A DNA stretch of 64,000 nt from contig VGQS01000001.1 in NCBI GenBank assembly GCA_016882285.1, positions 11,339 to 75,338 of the forward strand, in the 5' to 3' direction. Source of the stretch: Cyanobacteria bacterium K_DeepCast_35m_m2_155 (GTDB taxonomy: Bacteria > Cyanobacteriota > Cyanobacteriia > PCC-6307 > Cyanobiaceae). A program made the position numbers and the translations under genes. Shown here piece after piece: positions 1 through 9,963 of the stretch. Position 1 is the first letter of the stretch. Every line of letters begins with the position of its first letter. The notes below the pieces were generated by a model. The model worked only from the letters and a program-made list of their open reading frames with translations, had not been told where the DNA came from and did not search any database.

Positions 1-988
1 CGCCTGAGAGCGAACCGGTTGATTGTTCAACGATGCCAAGGACAATCGTGACGGTTCCAGGGTCGGCTGGGATCGGCTGCAGCGTCACCTTGACGTCACT
101 GAACAGGCCTGTGCCGTAGAGGCGTTTGATGTCTTCTTCGAGGTTGCGGCGGTTGAAGACATCGCCCGATTTGAGTGAGATCTCTCGCGTGATCACCCAG
201 GGCTTGGTCTTGCCTTTGATCGGCTGACCTTTGTCATTGGTATCAGCACCTTCCTTGTTGACGAATTTGACCTCGACACCGGCGACGGTGCCCTGACGCA
301 CCAACAGTTCAACGGTGCCATCGGGATTCACCCGCGTGGGGCCGGTGACCCTGGCCAACGAATAGCCCTGATCGGCATACCACTTCTGCATTTCCTGCAT
401 GCGCAGCTGCAGGGTGTTGAGGTTCAGCGTCCTGCCGTAGTCAGGCGAGAAAATCTCATTGACCACCTGCGCTGGCACCTTGGCATCAGCGGGGTCAAGC
501 TTGATCGTCTCAAGCACGGGGTTGGCCACCACGGTGACCACCAGGCGCACCCCCAGAGGGCTATCAACAGGCTGGATCCGAACATCCGAGAACCAACCTG
601 TGGCGTAGATGGCCGAAAGATCGGTCTGCAGCTCACTGCGGGTCACCTTGGAGCCCGGGGTGACCGCCATCGCCGCGTAGGCCGCCAGCTCAAGACGCTC
701 ACGCTCGGGGTGCCCCTCCAGGCCTGCCACCACCACCTCGGCGATCTGCACGCGTGGCTCAGGTGCAGGCTTGGGCTGCACCTCCCCTGCCAGTGGCGCG
801 CTCGTGAATGGATTGATCTGGCCGCTCGGCAGTTGCGGCTGGGCGGGGGCCTGCTGGGGAGCCGGGGTGCTCTGCGTGGCAGGGGGCTCCTGTTGGGCAG
901 GCTGCTGAGCCAGGGCTGACTGGCCCGAGAACAGCACGAGTCCCAGCAATGGCAGGGCTGTTGAGTAGCGCGAGGCGGCGGCAGCCAT
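1..988 (-). CDS. Omp85/BamA-family outer-membrane protein (cyanobacterial Toc75-like), N-terminal part; the 3' end lies beyond the window edge
   Basis: Absent from the ORF track because no stop codon falls inside the window. Hand translation of the minus strand from ATG 988-986 gives MAAAASRYSTALPLLGLVLFSGQSALAQQ (signal peptide). A Pro/Gln-rich spacer follows, then POTRA-like segments (..LSAIYATGWFSDVRIQPV.., ..IKRLYGTGLFSDVKVTLQP..). The frame stays open to position 1. Confidence 0.7.
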   Translation of the reverse strand, partial: MAAAASRYSTALPLLGLVLFSGQSALAQQPAQQEPPATQSTPAPQQAPAQPQLPSGQINPFTSAPLAGEVQPKPAPEPRVQIAEVVVAGLEGHPERERLELAAYAAMAVTPGSKVTRSELQTDLSAIYATGWFSDVRIQPVDSPLGVRLVVTVVANPVLETIKLDPADAKVPAQVVNEIFSPDYGRTLNLNTLQLRMQEMQKWYADQGYSLARVTGPTRVNPDGTVELLVRQGTVAGVEVKFVNKEGADTNDKGQPIKGKTKPWVITREISLKSGDVFNRRNLEEDIKRLYGTGLFSDVKVTLQPIPADPGTVTIVLGIVEQSTGSLSG

Positions 989-1032
989 CAGATCAACCGT
1001 GATGCGCGGCTGCGCCGCAAACGCTGCTGACC

Positions 1033-1788
1033 TTACCCGTAGACCCGGGGTTTGGGGCATTGCCCTTGGACCCGTTTGAGAACCTCCCCGTAGGCTTCGA
1101 TCACACCACCGAGATCCTGCCTGAAGCGATCCTTGTCGAGGATCCGGCCCTTGGGATCGCTTTGTCCTCGATCCCAGAGGCGGCACGTGTCGGGGCTGAT
1201 CTCATCGGCGAGCACCAGCTCACCTGTGGCCGTGAAGCCGAGCTCAACCTTGAAATCGACCAGCTGCAGCCTGCAGCGCTCAAACAGAGTGCGCAGTTCG
1301 TCATTGATCTGAAAGGCAAGCTGCTCCAGCGCTTTGAGCTGCTGGGGGCTCAGCAACGCGAGCCGTTGCAACCTGGCTTCGGTCAACAGCGGATCGCCCA
1401 GGGCATCGTCCTTGTAATACAGATCCAGCAGAGGCGGCTGCAACGCGGTCCCCGCTGCAATCGGCAGCTGACGGCACAGCGAGCCGGCCGCCACATTGCG
1501 CACGACCACCTCAATTGGAACGATCTGAACCGGCCGCACCAGCATCCAGTTGGTTCCATCGACCCCGAGGTAATGGGTCGGCACCCCAGCAGCCGACAGG
1601 TATTCGAAAATCAGTGCTGAGATCCGGCAGTTGAGCGCGCCCTTGCCCTGCAACTGGGCCTTTTTCTGGGCATTGAACGCGGTGGCGTCGTCCTTGAACT
1701 CAACGGCAACCAGATCATCGCGGTCGGTGGCAAAGACCCGTTTGGCTTTGCCTTCGTGAAGCAGCTGCTGAACGCGGTAGCTCGTCAT
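1033..1788 (-). CDS. purC: phosphoribosylaminoimidazole-succinocarboxamide (SAICAR) synthase
   Basis: 251-aa ORF. Canonical PurC sequence throughout ([35 protein letters not shown].., ..[14 protein letters not shown]..). Confidence 0.93.
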   Translation of the reverse strand: MTSYRVQQLLHEGKAKRVFATDRDDLVAVEFKDDATAFNAQKKAQLQGKGALNCRISALIFEYLSAAGVPTHYLGVDGTNWMLVRPVQIVPIEVVVRNVAAGSLCRQLPIAAGTALQPPLLDLYYKDDALGDPLLTEARLQRLALLSPQQLKALEQLAFQINDELRTLFERCRLQLVDFKVELGFTATGELVLADEISPDTCRLWDRGQSDPKGRILDKDRFRQDLGGVIEAYGEVLKRVQGQCPKPRVYG

Positions 1789-2681
1789 GGTTGGGGTGCG
1801 GCGGCATGACCGCCCGAATCGCGAGGTGAGCGAACAGCACTCGGCTGCAGCGTTTGAACATCGTCGATGCGTCTGGCAAGCCGTCGCCGGCGGGCCTCCA
1901 AGTGCTGGCGTTGCTGTGAAGGTTGCTCATCGAGCAACGCCAGCTGCTGATCGAGCAGCTCGGCGGCCAGGCCCCAGGCCCGCACGGCAGCCGCTTGATC
2001 CAGTGCCTGCTCGAGCAGGCGTAGACGCTCGGCCGCAGGCAGCGCAGGCGACCAGCTCACCGCCAGGGCAAGGCGCTGGGCACCGATCAAGCCAGCGCCA
2101 GGGTTGGCCAGCAGCACTTGGGCAGCCTGCTCGCGCTGCCCCAGAGCATCCAGATGGCCGGCCAGCAGATCAACCGCAGGTTGGTTCTGCCAGCGGCCGC
2201 GACCATCCTGAGACACAGGAACCTGCAGCTGCGCCAGGCTGCGGCCGCTGGCCACAGCCAACTGGCGCAGAGCCTGGGCCGCCAGACGATGGTCCAGGGC
2301 CGATTGGGCAGCCCGCCACTGCAACAAGGACCATTGCACCTGCTCGCCCCCAGGCGCCGGGCTGTAGCGGTTCAGCACCACCAAAGCCGAATCAGGCGCG
2401 CCGCAACGCAGCAGGGCGTCAGCATTGGCCAGCACCACCGGCAACGGCTGTGGAGCCGGCGCCACCACAAGCAAAGCGCGCTGCGCGCGCCTCAAGGCCG
2501 CCAGATCGCCATCCGATCGCGCCCGCTCACAGACCGCATCGAGCTGCGCGAGGGCGCTCAGATCAGCACCGGGAGGTTGCGCGGCACACACCTCGGCTGC
2601 ACCAAACAGGCTGAACACAACAGCGAGCGAGGCTGTGAGCCGGCTCGGGCGCAGGCGGTGACAGCTCATTCCCCTGACCAC
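1785..2681 (-). CDS. hypothetical Ala/Leu-rich protein with an N-terminal signal-like segment
   Basis: 298-aa ORF with a hydrophobic N-terminus ([20 protein letters not shown]) and G/C-dominated third codon positions. Its stop overlaps the purC start (ATGA). No family recognised. The start could be the ATG at 2669. Confidence 0.5.
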   Translation of the reverse strand: MVRGMSCHRLRPSRLTASLAVVFSLFGAAEVCAAQPPGADLSALAQLDAVCERARSDGDLAALRRAQRALLVVAPAPQPLPVVLANADALLRCGAPDSALVVLNRYSPAPGGEQVQWSLLQWRAAQSALDHRLAAQALRQLAVASGRSLAQLQVPVSQDGRGRWQNQPAVDLLAGHLDALGQREQAAQVLLANPGAGLIGAQRLALAVSWSPALPAAERLRLLEQALDQAAAVRAWGLAAELLDQQLALLDEQPSQQRQHLEARRRRLARRIDDVQTLQPSAVRSPRDSGGHAAAPQP

Positions 2682-2712
2682 GTTCCAGACAACAGGGCCG
2701 GCATTAGAGAGG

Positions 2713-4050
2713 ATGGCATCTCAAGCGCACCTTCGCGACATGCTCCCTGGCCAGACCGCAAAGCGAATCCTGGTGATCGGGGGCGGCGGCCGCGAAAATG
2801 CCCTGGGCTGGGCCCTGGCGCGCTGCAGCGGCGTTGAGCAGGTCTGGATCGCCCCAGGCAATGGCGGCACCACGGCCCTGGTGGGATGCCAACAACTGGC
2901 CATTGCCGAACACGACCACGCCGGACTGCTGGCCGCAGCGCAGCACCATCAGATCGACCTGGTCGTGGTGGGACCTGAGGCCCCGCTGGCGGCCGGGCTG
3001 GCCGACACCCTGCGCCAGGCAGGACTGGCGGTGTTCGGTCCTGGGGCCGATGGGGCTCAGCTCGAAGCCAGCAAGCAATGGGCCAAGGCCCTCATGGTCG
3101 CGGCCGGCATTCCCACTGCGCGCCATTGGAGCGCCAGCAGCCTCGATGAGGCCCTGGCTGTGCTCGATGCTGCCGCCGCCCCACTGGTCGTCAAAGCCGA
3201 CGGTCTTGCCGCCGGCAAAGGCGTCACCGTGGCCGCAACGGTTGGCGAGACCCGTGCTGCCATTGAAGAGCTGTTTTCCGGACGCTTCGGCGCCGCCGGC
3301 AGTTGTGTGGTGCTTGAGGACATCCTTGAAGGACCTGAGGTCTCCGTGTTTGCCCTTTGCGATGGCAAAGACATGGTCTTGCTGCCGCCAGCCCAGGACC
3401 ACAAGCGCATCGGCGAGGGCGACACCGGCCCCAACACCGGCGGTATGGGGGCCTATGCCCCCGCGCCCCTGCTCGATCAAGCGGGACTTGAGCAGGTGCG
3501 TCAATTGGTGCTCGAACCCACCGTGGCAGCGCTGCGGGCGCGTGGCATCGACTACCGCGGCGTGATCTATGCAGGCCTGATGCTCACTGCCGCAGGGCCA
3601 AAGGTGATCGAATTCAACTGCCGCTTCGGCGATCCCGAATGCGAAACCCTGATGCCACTGCTGGGGCCACAGCTGGCCGAGGTGCTGCTGGCCTGCGCCA
3701 ACGGCAATCTCAGCGTTGCCCCTGCCTTGAGCATCCACAGCGGCTGCAGCGCCTGTGTGATCGCCGCTGCAGCCGGGTACCCACTGCAGGCCCGCAGCGG
3801 CGATGCCATTGCGATCACCCTGCCCGCCGCCGATCAGGCGGGCCAAGGTGCGCTGCAACTCTTCCATGCAGGGACCACAACCTCAGAAACGGGCGAGTGC
3901 CTGAGTGCAGGTGGCCGAGTCCTGGCGATGGTGGCCCAGGCCCCAACCTTTGATGCTGCCTTTGAGCGGGCCTACGAGGGCCTGGCGCAGGTGCACTTCG
4001 ACGGCATGACCTACCGCCGCGACATCGGCCATCAGGTGCGCACGCGATGA
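2713..4050 (+). CDS. purD: phosphoribosylamine--glycine ligase
   Basis: 445-aa ORF with [19 protein letters not shown], an ATP-grasp core and ..[14 protein letters not shown]... The start may be the internal ATG at 2740. Confidence 0.93.
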   Translation: MASQAHLRDMLPGQTAKRILVIGGGGRENALGWALARCSGVEQVWIAPGNGGTTALVGCQQLAIAEHDHAGLLAAAQHHQIDLVVVGPEAPLAAGLADTLRQAGLAVFGPGADGAQLEASKQWAKALMVAAGIPTARHWSASSLDEALAVLDAAAAPLVVKADGLAAGKGVTVAATVGETRAAIEELFSGRFGAAGSCVVLEDILEGPEVSVFALCDGKDMVLLPPAQDHKRIGEGDTGPNTGGMGAYAPAPLLDQAGLEQVRQLVLEPTVAALRARGIDYRGVIYAGLMLTAAGPKVIEFNCRFGDPECETLMPLLGPQLAEVLLACANGNLSVAPALSIHSGCSACVIAAAAGYPLQARSGDAIAITLPAADQAGQGALQLFHAGTTTSETGECLSAGGRVLAMVAQAPTFDAAFERAYEGLAQVHFDGMTYRRDIGHQVRTR

Positions 4051-6086
4051 CCCCTGCCCTTGGCGACGCCCAGGTGAGCTGGTGGCAGCGTCTGGCGCGC
4101 TGGTGGGCCGAGTTCAGCCTGCAGACCAAGCTGCTGGTGGTGGCCACCTTGGTGGTGAGCCTGCTGATGACCGGCATCACCTTCTTTGCCCTCAATGGCA
4201 TCCAGCAAGGCGCCAAAAACAGCGATACCCGTTACGCACGCGATCTGGGGGTCCTGCTGGCGGCCAACGTGACGCCGCTGGTGGCCGAGGGCAACGACCG
4301 CCAACTGGCCTCGGTGGCAGAACGGTTCTTTGAATCAAGCCGCAGCCTCCGCTACATCTTTTTCGCCGATCCCGAAGGAGTCATCTACTTAGGCATTCCG
4401 ATCGGCGCCAACAACGGCAGCAGCGAACTGCTGCTGACGCGCCGGCTGGAGCTCCCGGCAGATTGGGCCCGCAGACCGGACAGCCCGCTGATCCGCCAGC
4501 ACCTGACGCCCGACGGCCAGGTGACCGACGTGTTTGTGCCGCTGGTGAGCGGTGGACGCGACCTGGGCGTGCTGGCCCTGGGGATCAACCCCAACGCCAC
4601 GCTGGTGGCCAGCTCGGCCCTCACCCGCGAAGTCACGGTGGCGGTGTTCATCTCGATCTGGGTGCTGGTGATTCTGGGTGCGGTGTTCAACGCCCTCACC
4701 GTGACCCGCCCGGTCAAGGAACTGCTGCGGGGTGTGCGGCAGGTGGCAGGGGGCAACTTCGAGACCCGCATCGAGCTGCCGGTGGGCGGTGAGCTGGGCG
4801 AGCTGCTGGAGGGCTTCAACACCATGGCCACCGAGCTGCAGGCCTACAAGGCCGCCAACATCGAAGAGCTGAAGGCAGAGCAGGGCAAGCAGCAATCGCT
4901 GATCGCCACCATGGCCGATGGCGCCGTGCTGCTCGATGCCGACGGCGGCATCGTGCTGGCCAACCCCACCGCCCGGCGCCTGTTTCGCTGGGAAGGCCGC
5001 TCCCTCGAAGGCAATGAGCTGATGGAGGAATTGCCTGAGGCGCTGGCACTCGAGCTGCAGACACCACTGGAGAGCGTGATGCTCGGCGGGCGCGAAGGCA
5101 GCGATGTGCGCTGCAGCTTCGGTGAGCCGGCACGCACGCTTCGCATCGTGCTGCAGGCCGTGCGCGATGTGAGCGGCGAAAGCCTCAAGGGCATCGCCAT
5201 GACGATTCAGGATCTGACCCGCGAAGTGGAGCTCAACGCCGCCCAGAGCCGCTTCATCAGCAATGTCTCCCATGAACTGCGCACGCCGCTGTTCAACATC
5301 AAGAGCTACGTCGAGACCCTGCACGATCTGGGCGACCAGCTCAGCGACGAGGAGAAACAGGAATTTCTCGGCATCGCCAATGCCGAAACCGACCGACTCA
5401 CCCGCCTGGTGAACGATGTGCTCGACCTCTCCCGCCTGGAGAGCGAGCGTGTCTGGACGCTCGAACCCCAGGACATCGCACCGGCCATTGAGCAGACCCT
5501 GCGCACCTACCGGCTCAATGCCGAGGACAAGGGTGTCAACCTGCTGTTTGAAGCTGACCCCCAACTGCCGCGTGTGCTGGGCAACTGGGACCTGCTGCTG
5601 CAGGTGCTGGGCAACCTGGTCGGCAATGCCCTCAAGTTCACCCCCACAGGCGGACAACTGATGCTGCGGGCCTACCCCTGGCCCGACAGCTGCGAGCTGA
5701 GCCCGACCCCTGAGACGACGAGCAACCCCAGCTGCGTCCTCGCCTCACCGCTGCCCAAGCTGCGCGTTGAGGTTGCCGACAGCGGCTGCGGGATTGCCGC
5801 TCCCGATCAAGAGCGCATTTTCGAGCGCTTCTTTCGGGTGGAGAACGCCGTGCACACCGAGGCCGGCACTGGACTGGGCCTGTCGATCGTGCGGGGGATC
5901 CTTGACAAGCACGGCAGCCACATCCAGATGGCGAGTGAGCCAGGGGTCGGGACCACCTTCTGGTTTGACCTGCCCCTCGAAGGGGCCGATGCCGATGAGC
6001 TCAGGTTGATGGCCGAGCGCCGCCAGAGCAACCCAGCCGAGGTCCAGGCCTCAGCTGTCGTCAGCAACCCCTCTCACAATGCGTGA
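4047..6086 (+). CDS. nblS: membrane sensor histidine kinase of the NblS/Hik33/DspA type (TM-HAMP-PAS-HisKA-HATPase)
   Basis: 679-aa ORF with two TM segments around a periplasmic loop. It has a HAMP region and a PAS-like region, an H-box (FISNVSHELRTPL), an N-box (GNLVGNALKFT) and a G-box (GTGLGLSIV). Its ATG overlaps the purD stop (ATGA). Confidence 0.8.
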   Translation: MTPALGDAQVSWWQRLARWWAEFSLQTKLLVVATLVVSLLMTGITFFALNGIQQGAKNSDTRYARDLGVLLAANVTPLVAEGNDRQLASVAERFFESSRSLRYIFFADPEGVIYLGIPIGANNGSSELLLTRRLELPADWARRPDSPLIRQHLTPDGQVTDVFVPLVSGGRDLGVLALGINPNATLVASSALTREVTVAVFISIWVLVILGAVFNALTVTRPVKELLRGVRQVAGGNFETRIELPVGGELGELLEGFNTMATELQAYKAANIEELKAEQGKQQSLIATMADGAVLLDADGGIVLANPTARRLFRWEGRSLEGNELMEELPEALALELQTPLESVMLGGREGSDVRCSFGEPARTLRIVLQAVRDVSGESLKGIAMTIQDLTREVELNAAQSRFISNVSHELRTPLFNIKSYVETLHDLGDQLSDEEKQEFLGIANAETDRLTRLVNDVLDLSRLESERVWTLEPQDIAPAIEQTLRTYRLNAEDKGVNLLFEADPQLPRVLGNWDLLLQVLGNLVGNALKFTPTGGQLMLRAYPWPDSCELSPTPETTSNPSCVLASPLPKLRVEVADSGCGIAAPDQERIFERFFRVENAVHTEAGTGLGLSIVRGILDKHGSHIQMASEPGVGTTFWFDLPLEGADADELRLMAERRQSNPAEVQASAVVSNPSHNA

Positions 6087-7595
6087 GAGTTCGCTGCGCT
6101 CGTCGGTGGTGACGCGGTGCGGCACGCCCGAAATGATGCGCTCGAAGTTCGAGAAGCTGTCCTTGATCTCAGGGCCGTTGCTGGTGATCACGAACTCGCG
6201 GATGCCCTTGTCATGCCACGAGCCGCGCATCTTGAACACATTGAGGGCGCGGGCCATCTCGCCGCGGATCTCGACGTACTGCAGCAGCAGAATCGTGTCG
6301 GTGATCGTCGAGATGTGCGAGTCGGTGATCGAGTGGCTGCCCATGAACTCTTCAGACGTGTTCGTGAAGAAGCCGGCGATCTCCTCCTGCTTGGCATAGC
6401 CGGTCACGCCGATCACAAACTGGCGAAAGGCGTTGTGGCTCACGCCGCGGGCCAGGGCTGAAAGGGAGTCGATCGCCATGCGCGAGGGCTTGAACTGGCT
6501 GATCTCGGTCTTGATGATCTGCAGGTGATCCTCAAGGCCCGTTGACTCGGGGTAGGCGCAGATGATCTTGAGCAGGCCGTCCTGCTCCATCTGCTCAAAG
6601 TCGATGCCCCAGCTGGTGGCGTTGCGCAGCAGCTGGGCGCGCGATTCCTCGTAGGCAAACAGAATCGCCCGCTCCTTGGAGCGGCAGGCGTCCTCCACAA
6701 ATTTGGAGACCAGCAGGGTCTTGCCGGTGCCGGTGGCGCCGGTGGCCAGGATGATCGAATCCTTGAAGAAACCGCCGCCGCACATCTCGTCGAGCCGCGG
6801 CACCCCGCTGCTCAGGCGCACGTTCGAGCTGCGCTGGGTGAGGCGCATGGCCCCGAGCGGGAACACGCTCATGCCATGGGCGCCCATGGTGAAGGGGAAC
6901 TCCCCCTTCATGTGGGTGGTGCCCCGCAATTTGAGGATCTCGACCGTGCGCCGGCGCCGTTCACCCTCGAGCACGTTGCGCAGGATCACGACGTTGTCGC
7001 TGACGAACTCCTCGACGCCGTAGCGGGCGATCGGGCCGTATTCGTCGATGCGCTCGGTGGTCATCACCGTGGTGACACCGATCTCCTTGAGCCTGGCGAT
7101 AAGGCGGAAGATCTCGCGCCGCACCACCGAGACGGCGTCGTACTGCTGGAACACCGCGGTGATCGAGTCGATCGCCACCCGGCGCGCCTTGTATTTGCGG
7201 ATCGCGTAGTTGATCCGCTCGATCAGGCCCGACAGATCAAAGCTGCCGGCCACGTCCTGGCCTTCCGGGTCGGGCGAAGCGTCGAGCAGGAACAGCTTGT
7301 CCTGCTCCACCATCTCCTGCAGGTTCCAGCCGAAGCTGGCGGCGTTGCGCAGGATGTCGAGCGGCGACTCTTCGAAGGTGACGAAGATGCCGGGCTCGTT
7401 GAACTGGCGGATGCCGTTGTAGAGGAAGTTCAGCGAAAACACCGTCTTGCCGGTGCCCGAGGTGCCGCTGATCAGGGTCGAGCGCCCGATCGGCAGGCCG
7501 CCATGGCAGATGTCATCGAAGCCCTCGATCGCCGTGGGCAGCTTCTGCACCTGCAGGAGCGGCGGCTGGGTGGGGGTTGGATCCTGCGTTGTCAT
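6051..7595 (-). CDS. kaiC: circadian clock protein KaiC
   Basis: 514-aa ORF with duplicated RecA-like halves and two Walker A motifs (GTSGTGKT and GATGTGKT). It carries the EGFDDICHGGLP motif and ends ..SRIVRGV... Confidence 0.96.
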   Translation of the reverse strand: MTTQDPTPTQPPLLQVQKLPTAIEGFDDICHGGLPIGRSTLISGTSGTGKTVFSLNFLYNGIRQFNEPGIFVTFEESPLDILRNAASFGWNLQEMVEQDKLFLLDASPDPEGQDVAGSFDLSGLIERINYAIRKYKARRVAIDSITAVFQQYDAVSVVRREIFRLIARLKEIGVTTVMTTERIDEYGPIARYGVEEFVSDNVVILRNVLEGERRRRTVEILKLRGTTHMKGEFPFTMGAHGMSVFPLGAMRLTQRSSNVRLSSGVPRLDEMCGGGFFKDSIILATGATGTGKTLLVSKFVEDACRSKERAILFAYEESRAQLLRNATSWGIDFEQMEQDGLLKIICAYPESTGLEDHLQIIKTEISQFKPSRMAIDSLSALARGVSHNAFRQFVIGVTGYAKQEEIAGFFTNTSEEFMGSHSITDSHISTITDTILLLQYVEIRGEMARALNVFKMRGSWHDKGIREFVITSNGPEIKDSFSNFERIISGVPHRVTTDERSELSRIVRGVADDS

Positions 7596-7690
7596 GGCAG
7601 CTGCCTTGGAACCGAGAAAGAAGTGTTGAAACAGAAGAGACGATCAGCCGAGACATCCCGTGGAGTCAGCCACGGGCGGCAAGGAGAGCT

Positions 7691-8047
7691 TCAGGGTCCG
7701 GCTCCCGGCGGATCCAAACCTGGCTCCGCCAGGGGATCAGCAGCCAGACCCTCTTCGGTGAGCTCTTCATAGAGCAGGTCAAGTCCGATCAGAACCCGTT
7801 CACGATCAGAGAGATCACCAATGATGCGGCGCACCGGCGGCGGCAAAATCTTGGCCAGCGTGGGCGTCGCCAGAATTTTGTCTTCCTCAGCGAGCTGAGG
7901 ATTCTTGAGCACATCGATCACCTTGAGCGCATACACTCCGCGAAATTCCGTATCGAGAATGTTGCGCAGGGTTTTCAGCGCCCGCATCGAGTTGGGCGTG
8001 TTGCCGGCGACGTAGAGCTTGAGGATGTAGGTCTTGCGAGGGCTCAT
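7691..8047 (-). CDS. kaiB: circadian clock protein KaiB
   Basis: 118-aa [29 protein letters not shown]...[26 protein letters not shown] is canonical KaiB. It carries an extra acidic/Pro-rich C-terminal tail. Confidence 0.95.
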   Translation of the reverse strand: MSPRKTYILKLYVAGNTPNSMRALKTLRNILDTEFRGVYALKVIDVLKNPQLAEEDKILATPTLAKILPPPVRRIIGDLSDRERVLIGLDLLYEELTEEGLAADPLAEPGLDPPGAGP

Positions 8048-8059
8048 GGTGCTCAGGGC

Positions 8060-8926
8060 TTAGGAGAGGACCTCAGTTCCGCTGGTGGCGGACAAGGCGA
8101 TGGGGGCATCAGCGGGGATCGAACGCCTGTACATCTCGCAGAGGTGCGCCATCACATCGAGCAGGGCGAGGCGGTAGTCCTGGAGGAACTCGGTACGGTG
8201 TCCCTCCAGCTTGAGCTGTTTGGAGAAACCGTCAATCAGATTCATGTGAATTTCCACCGTTTTGGTGATCGGCAGATCACTGAAAAAGGCGGTATTCACA
8301 AAGCTCTCCAGGGCCTGGTTTGCGGCTGCCGGATCGCGGAAGTAGCTCAGCAGAAGATCCCTGTAGGTGCGCTCAAGCGAATCGAGCAGGTCGCGGCGTT
8401 CCCCCTCGGCCAACTGGCGCAGAAAGCGATCTGGATCGCGCTTGTAAAACACGCCCAGCAGGCCCAGGCGTTCCTTCAGACGGTTACCGAGCTTCCAGCC
8501 CTCGGACAGCTCGTCCTGGCGGTCTCCATTGCCGCCGCTAATACCCTGCAATTCCTGGCTGAGCACCCTGGCAAAGGCTGCATCGAGGCTGTAGGTGAGC
8601 TGCTCGAGCTGATCGGGCGGCAGATGAACTTCTCCCTCGTGATAAGTGAGTCGGCCACTCACAGCTCCGATCACGACCGCTGGCAGACGCATGCCCCGGG
8701 CCAGCAGGTGGGCCACAGCCGGCTGGGGGAGCACGCCGTCTTCGATCAACACCGCATCGACCTGATCGAGCAGTTGCTCAAGCTCAGCCGTTGAAAGCGT
8801 GCCGCCAACCAGACTGGACGGTGGCGGCAACAGTTGGTAGCGACCACCCTTGAGCCAGACGCCGCAGGCTTGCTGCAGGCGCGGGTCGACCACCAACGAG
8901 GCAAGCGTGAGATGGGGCTCCGGCAT
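8060..8926 (-). CDS. kaiA: circadian clock protein KaiA (full length: pseudo-receiver plus KaiA domain)
   Basis: 288-aa ORF. The C-terminal half (..YRDLLLSYF...FVNTAFFSDLPITKTVEIHMNLIDGFSKQLKLEGH...LLDVMAHLCEMYRRSIP) matches the KaiA dimerisation/KaiC-binding domain. It lies 12 nt upstream of kaiB. Confidence 0.9.
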   Translation of the reverse strand: MPEPHLTLASLVVDPRLQQACGVWLKGGRYQLLPPPSSLVGGTLSTAELEQLLDQVDAVLIEDGVLPQPAVAHLLARGMRLPAVVIGAVSGRLTYHEGEVHLPPDQLEQLTYSLDAAFARVLSQELQGISGGNGDRQDELSEGWKLGNRLKERLGLLGVFYKRDPDRFLRQLAEGERRDLLDSLERTYRDLLLSYFRDPAAANQALESFVNTAFFSDLPITKTVEIHMNLIDGFSKQLKLEGHRTEFLQDYRLALLDVMAHLCEMYRRSIPADAPIALSATSGTEVLS

Positions 8927-9123
8927 GGACAGGGCGAGGATTCCGCCGAAGGTGTGCCTCCAAATGTTGACGAAAGGAGAGGCAAAGCTCGAAGATTGTT
9001 GTTTGTCTTCCGATTGCGCGCGTCAGGCCAAATCGGAATCCCAAACCCGTCTCGGGCTCAGTTGACCATCCGTTGTCCACTGCTCCGCCTGAAGGGGTCT
9101 GGGAATCCAGCCTGCCCGCCCCC

Positions 9124-9570
9124 ATGCCTGCCATGAGTCCTGCATCCTCCAAAGACGCTGCCGCCGACAAAGCGCCTGCCAAGTCAGCCGCTAAAACCGC
9201 CAGTCAGAGCAAGGCTGCTTCGGCCAGCAAGGCTGAAGCCGGTGATGCTGGCTACGCCATTGTTGAGGCCTCAGGCCAGCAATTTTGGCTTCAGGCCCAG
9301 CGGTACTACGACCTCGATCGTCTCAGTGTCGAGGTCGGCAGCACCGTCTCACTCGACAAGGTTCTGCTGCTCAACCAGGCTGGCAAGACCACCCTTGGGC
9401 AGCCCTACGTCAAAGGCGCCAGCGTGACCGTCAAGGTGCTGGAGCATCGCCGCGGTCCCAAGGTGATCGTGTACAAGATGCGCCCCAAGAAGAAGACCCG
9501 TCGTAAGAACGGTCATCGCCAGGAGCTCACCCGTGTGATGGTCGAAGCCATCACCGGCGCCAAGAGCTGA
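9124..9570 (+). CDS. rplU: 50S ribosomal protein L21 with an Ala/Lys/Ser-rich N-terminal extension
   Basis: The L21 core is YAIVEASGQQFWLQAQRYYDLDRL...KVIVYKMRPKKKTRRKNGHRQELTRV. The ORF opens at TTG 9073. ATG 9124 or 9133 are more likely starts, so the 5' end is uncertain. Confidence 0.88.
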   Translation: MPAMSPASSKDAAADKAPAKSAAKTASQSKAASASKAEAGDAGYAIVEASGQQFWLQAQRYYDLDRLSVEVGSTVSLDKVLLLNQAGKTTLGQPYVKGASVTVKVLEHRRGPKVIVYKMRPKKKTRRKNGHRQELTRVMVEAITGAKS

Positions 9571-9609
9571 ACCCAACCCTTTTCGTCGTTTCCCAACCGC
9601 TGATTCCCC

Positions 9610-9873
9610 ATGGCCCACAAGAAAGGCACAGGTTCGACCCGCAACGGCCGTGATTCCAACGCCAAGCGTCTGGGCGTCAAGCGCTACGGCGGTGAAGCCG
9701 TCAGCGCCGGTTCCATCCTCATTCGCCAGCGCGGCACGTCGGTGCTGCCCGGGGTCAATGTGGGGCGCGGCTCCGATGACACCCTCTTTGCCCTGGTTGA
9801 TGGGGTGGTCAATTTCGACACCATCAAACGCGGCCTGCGCAGCCGCAAGCGCATCAACGTGGCGGTCGCCTGA
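9610..9873 (+). CDS. rpmA: 50S ribosomal protein L27
   Basis: 87-aa ORF beginning [29 protein letters not shown]. Confidence 0.96.
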   Translation: MAHKKGTGSTRNGRDSNAKRLGVKRYGGEAVSAGSILIRQRGTSVLPGVNVGRGSDDTLFALVDGVVNFDTIKRGLRSRKRINVAVA

Positions 9874-9963
9874 GCCCAGCGCGCTCAAGCGTTGCGTTCA
9901 CCCTATGAACCGGCGCCCAGGGGGGTGGCAGTTTTTTGCTGTGTCGCTGGTTGAGTGCGCTGA

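Noticed and set aside
9899-9940. Possible terminator after rpmA, suggested by the T-run cagttttttgctg.
   Set aside because: I could only draw a 5-bp stem (CACCC/GGGTG) with a loop of about 20 nt before the T-run. That is too weak to report as a feature.
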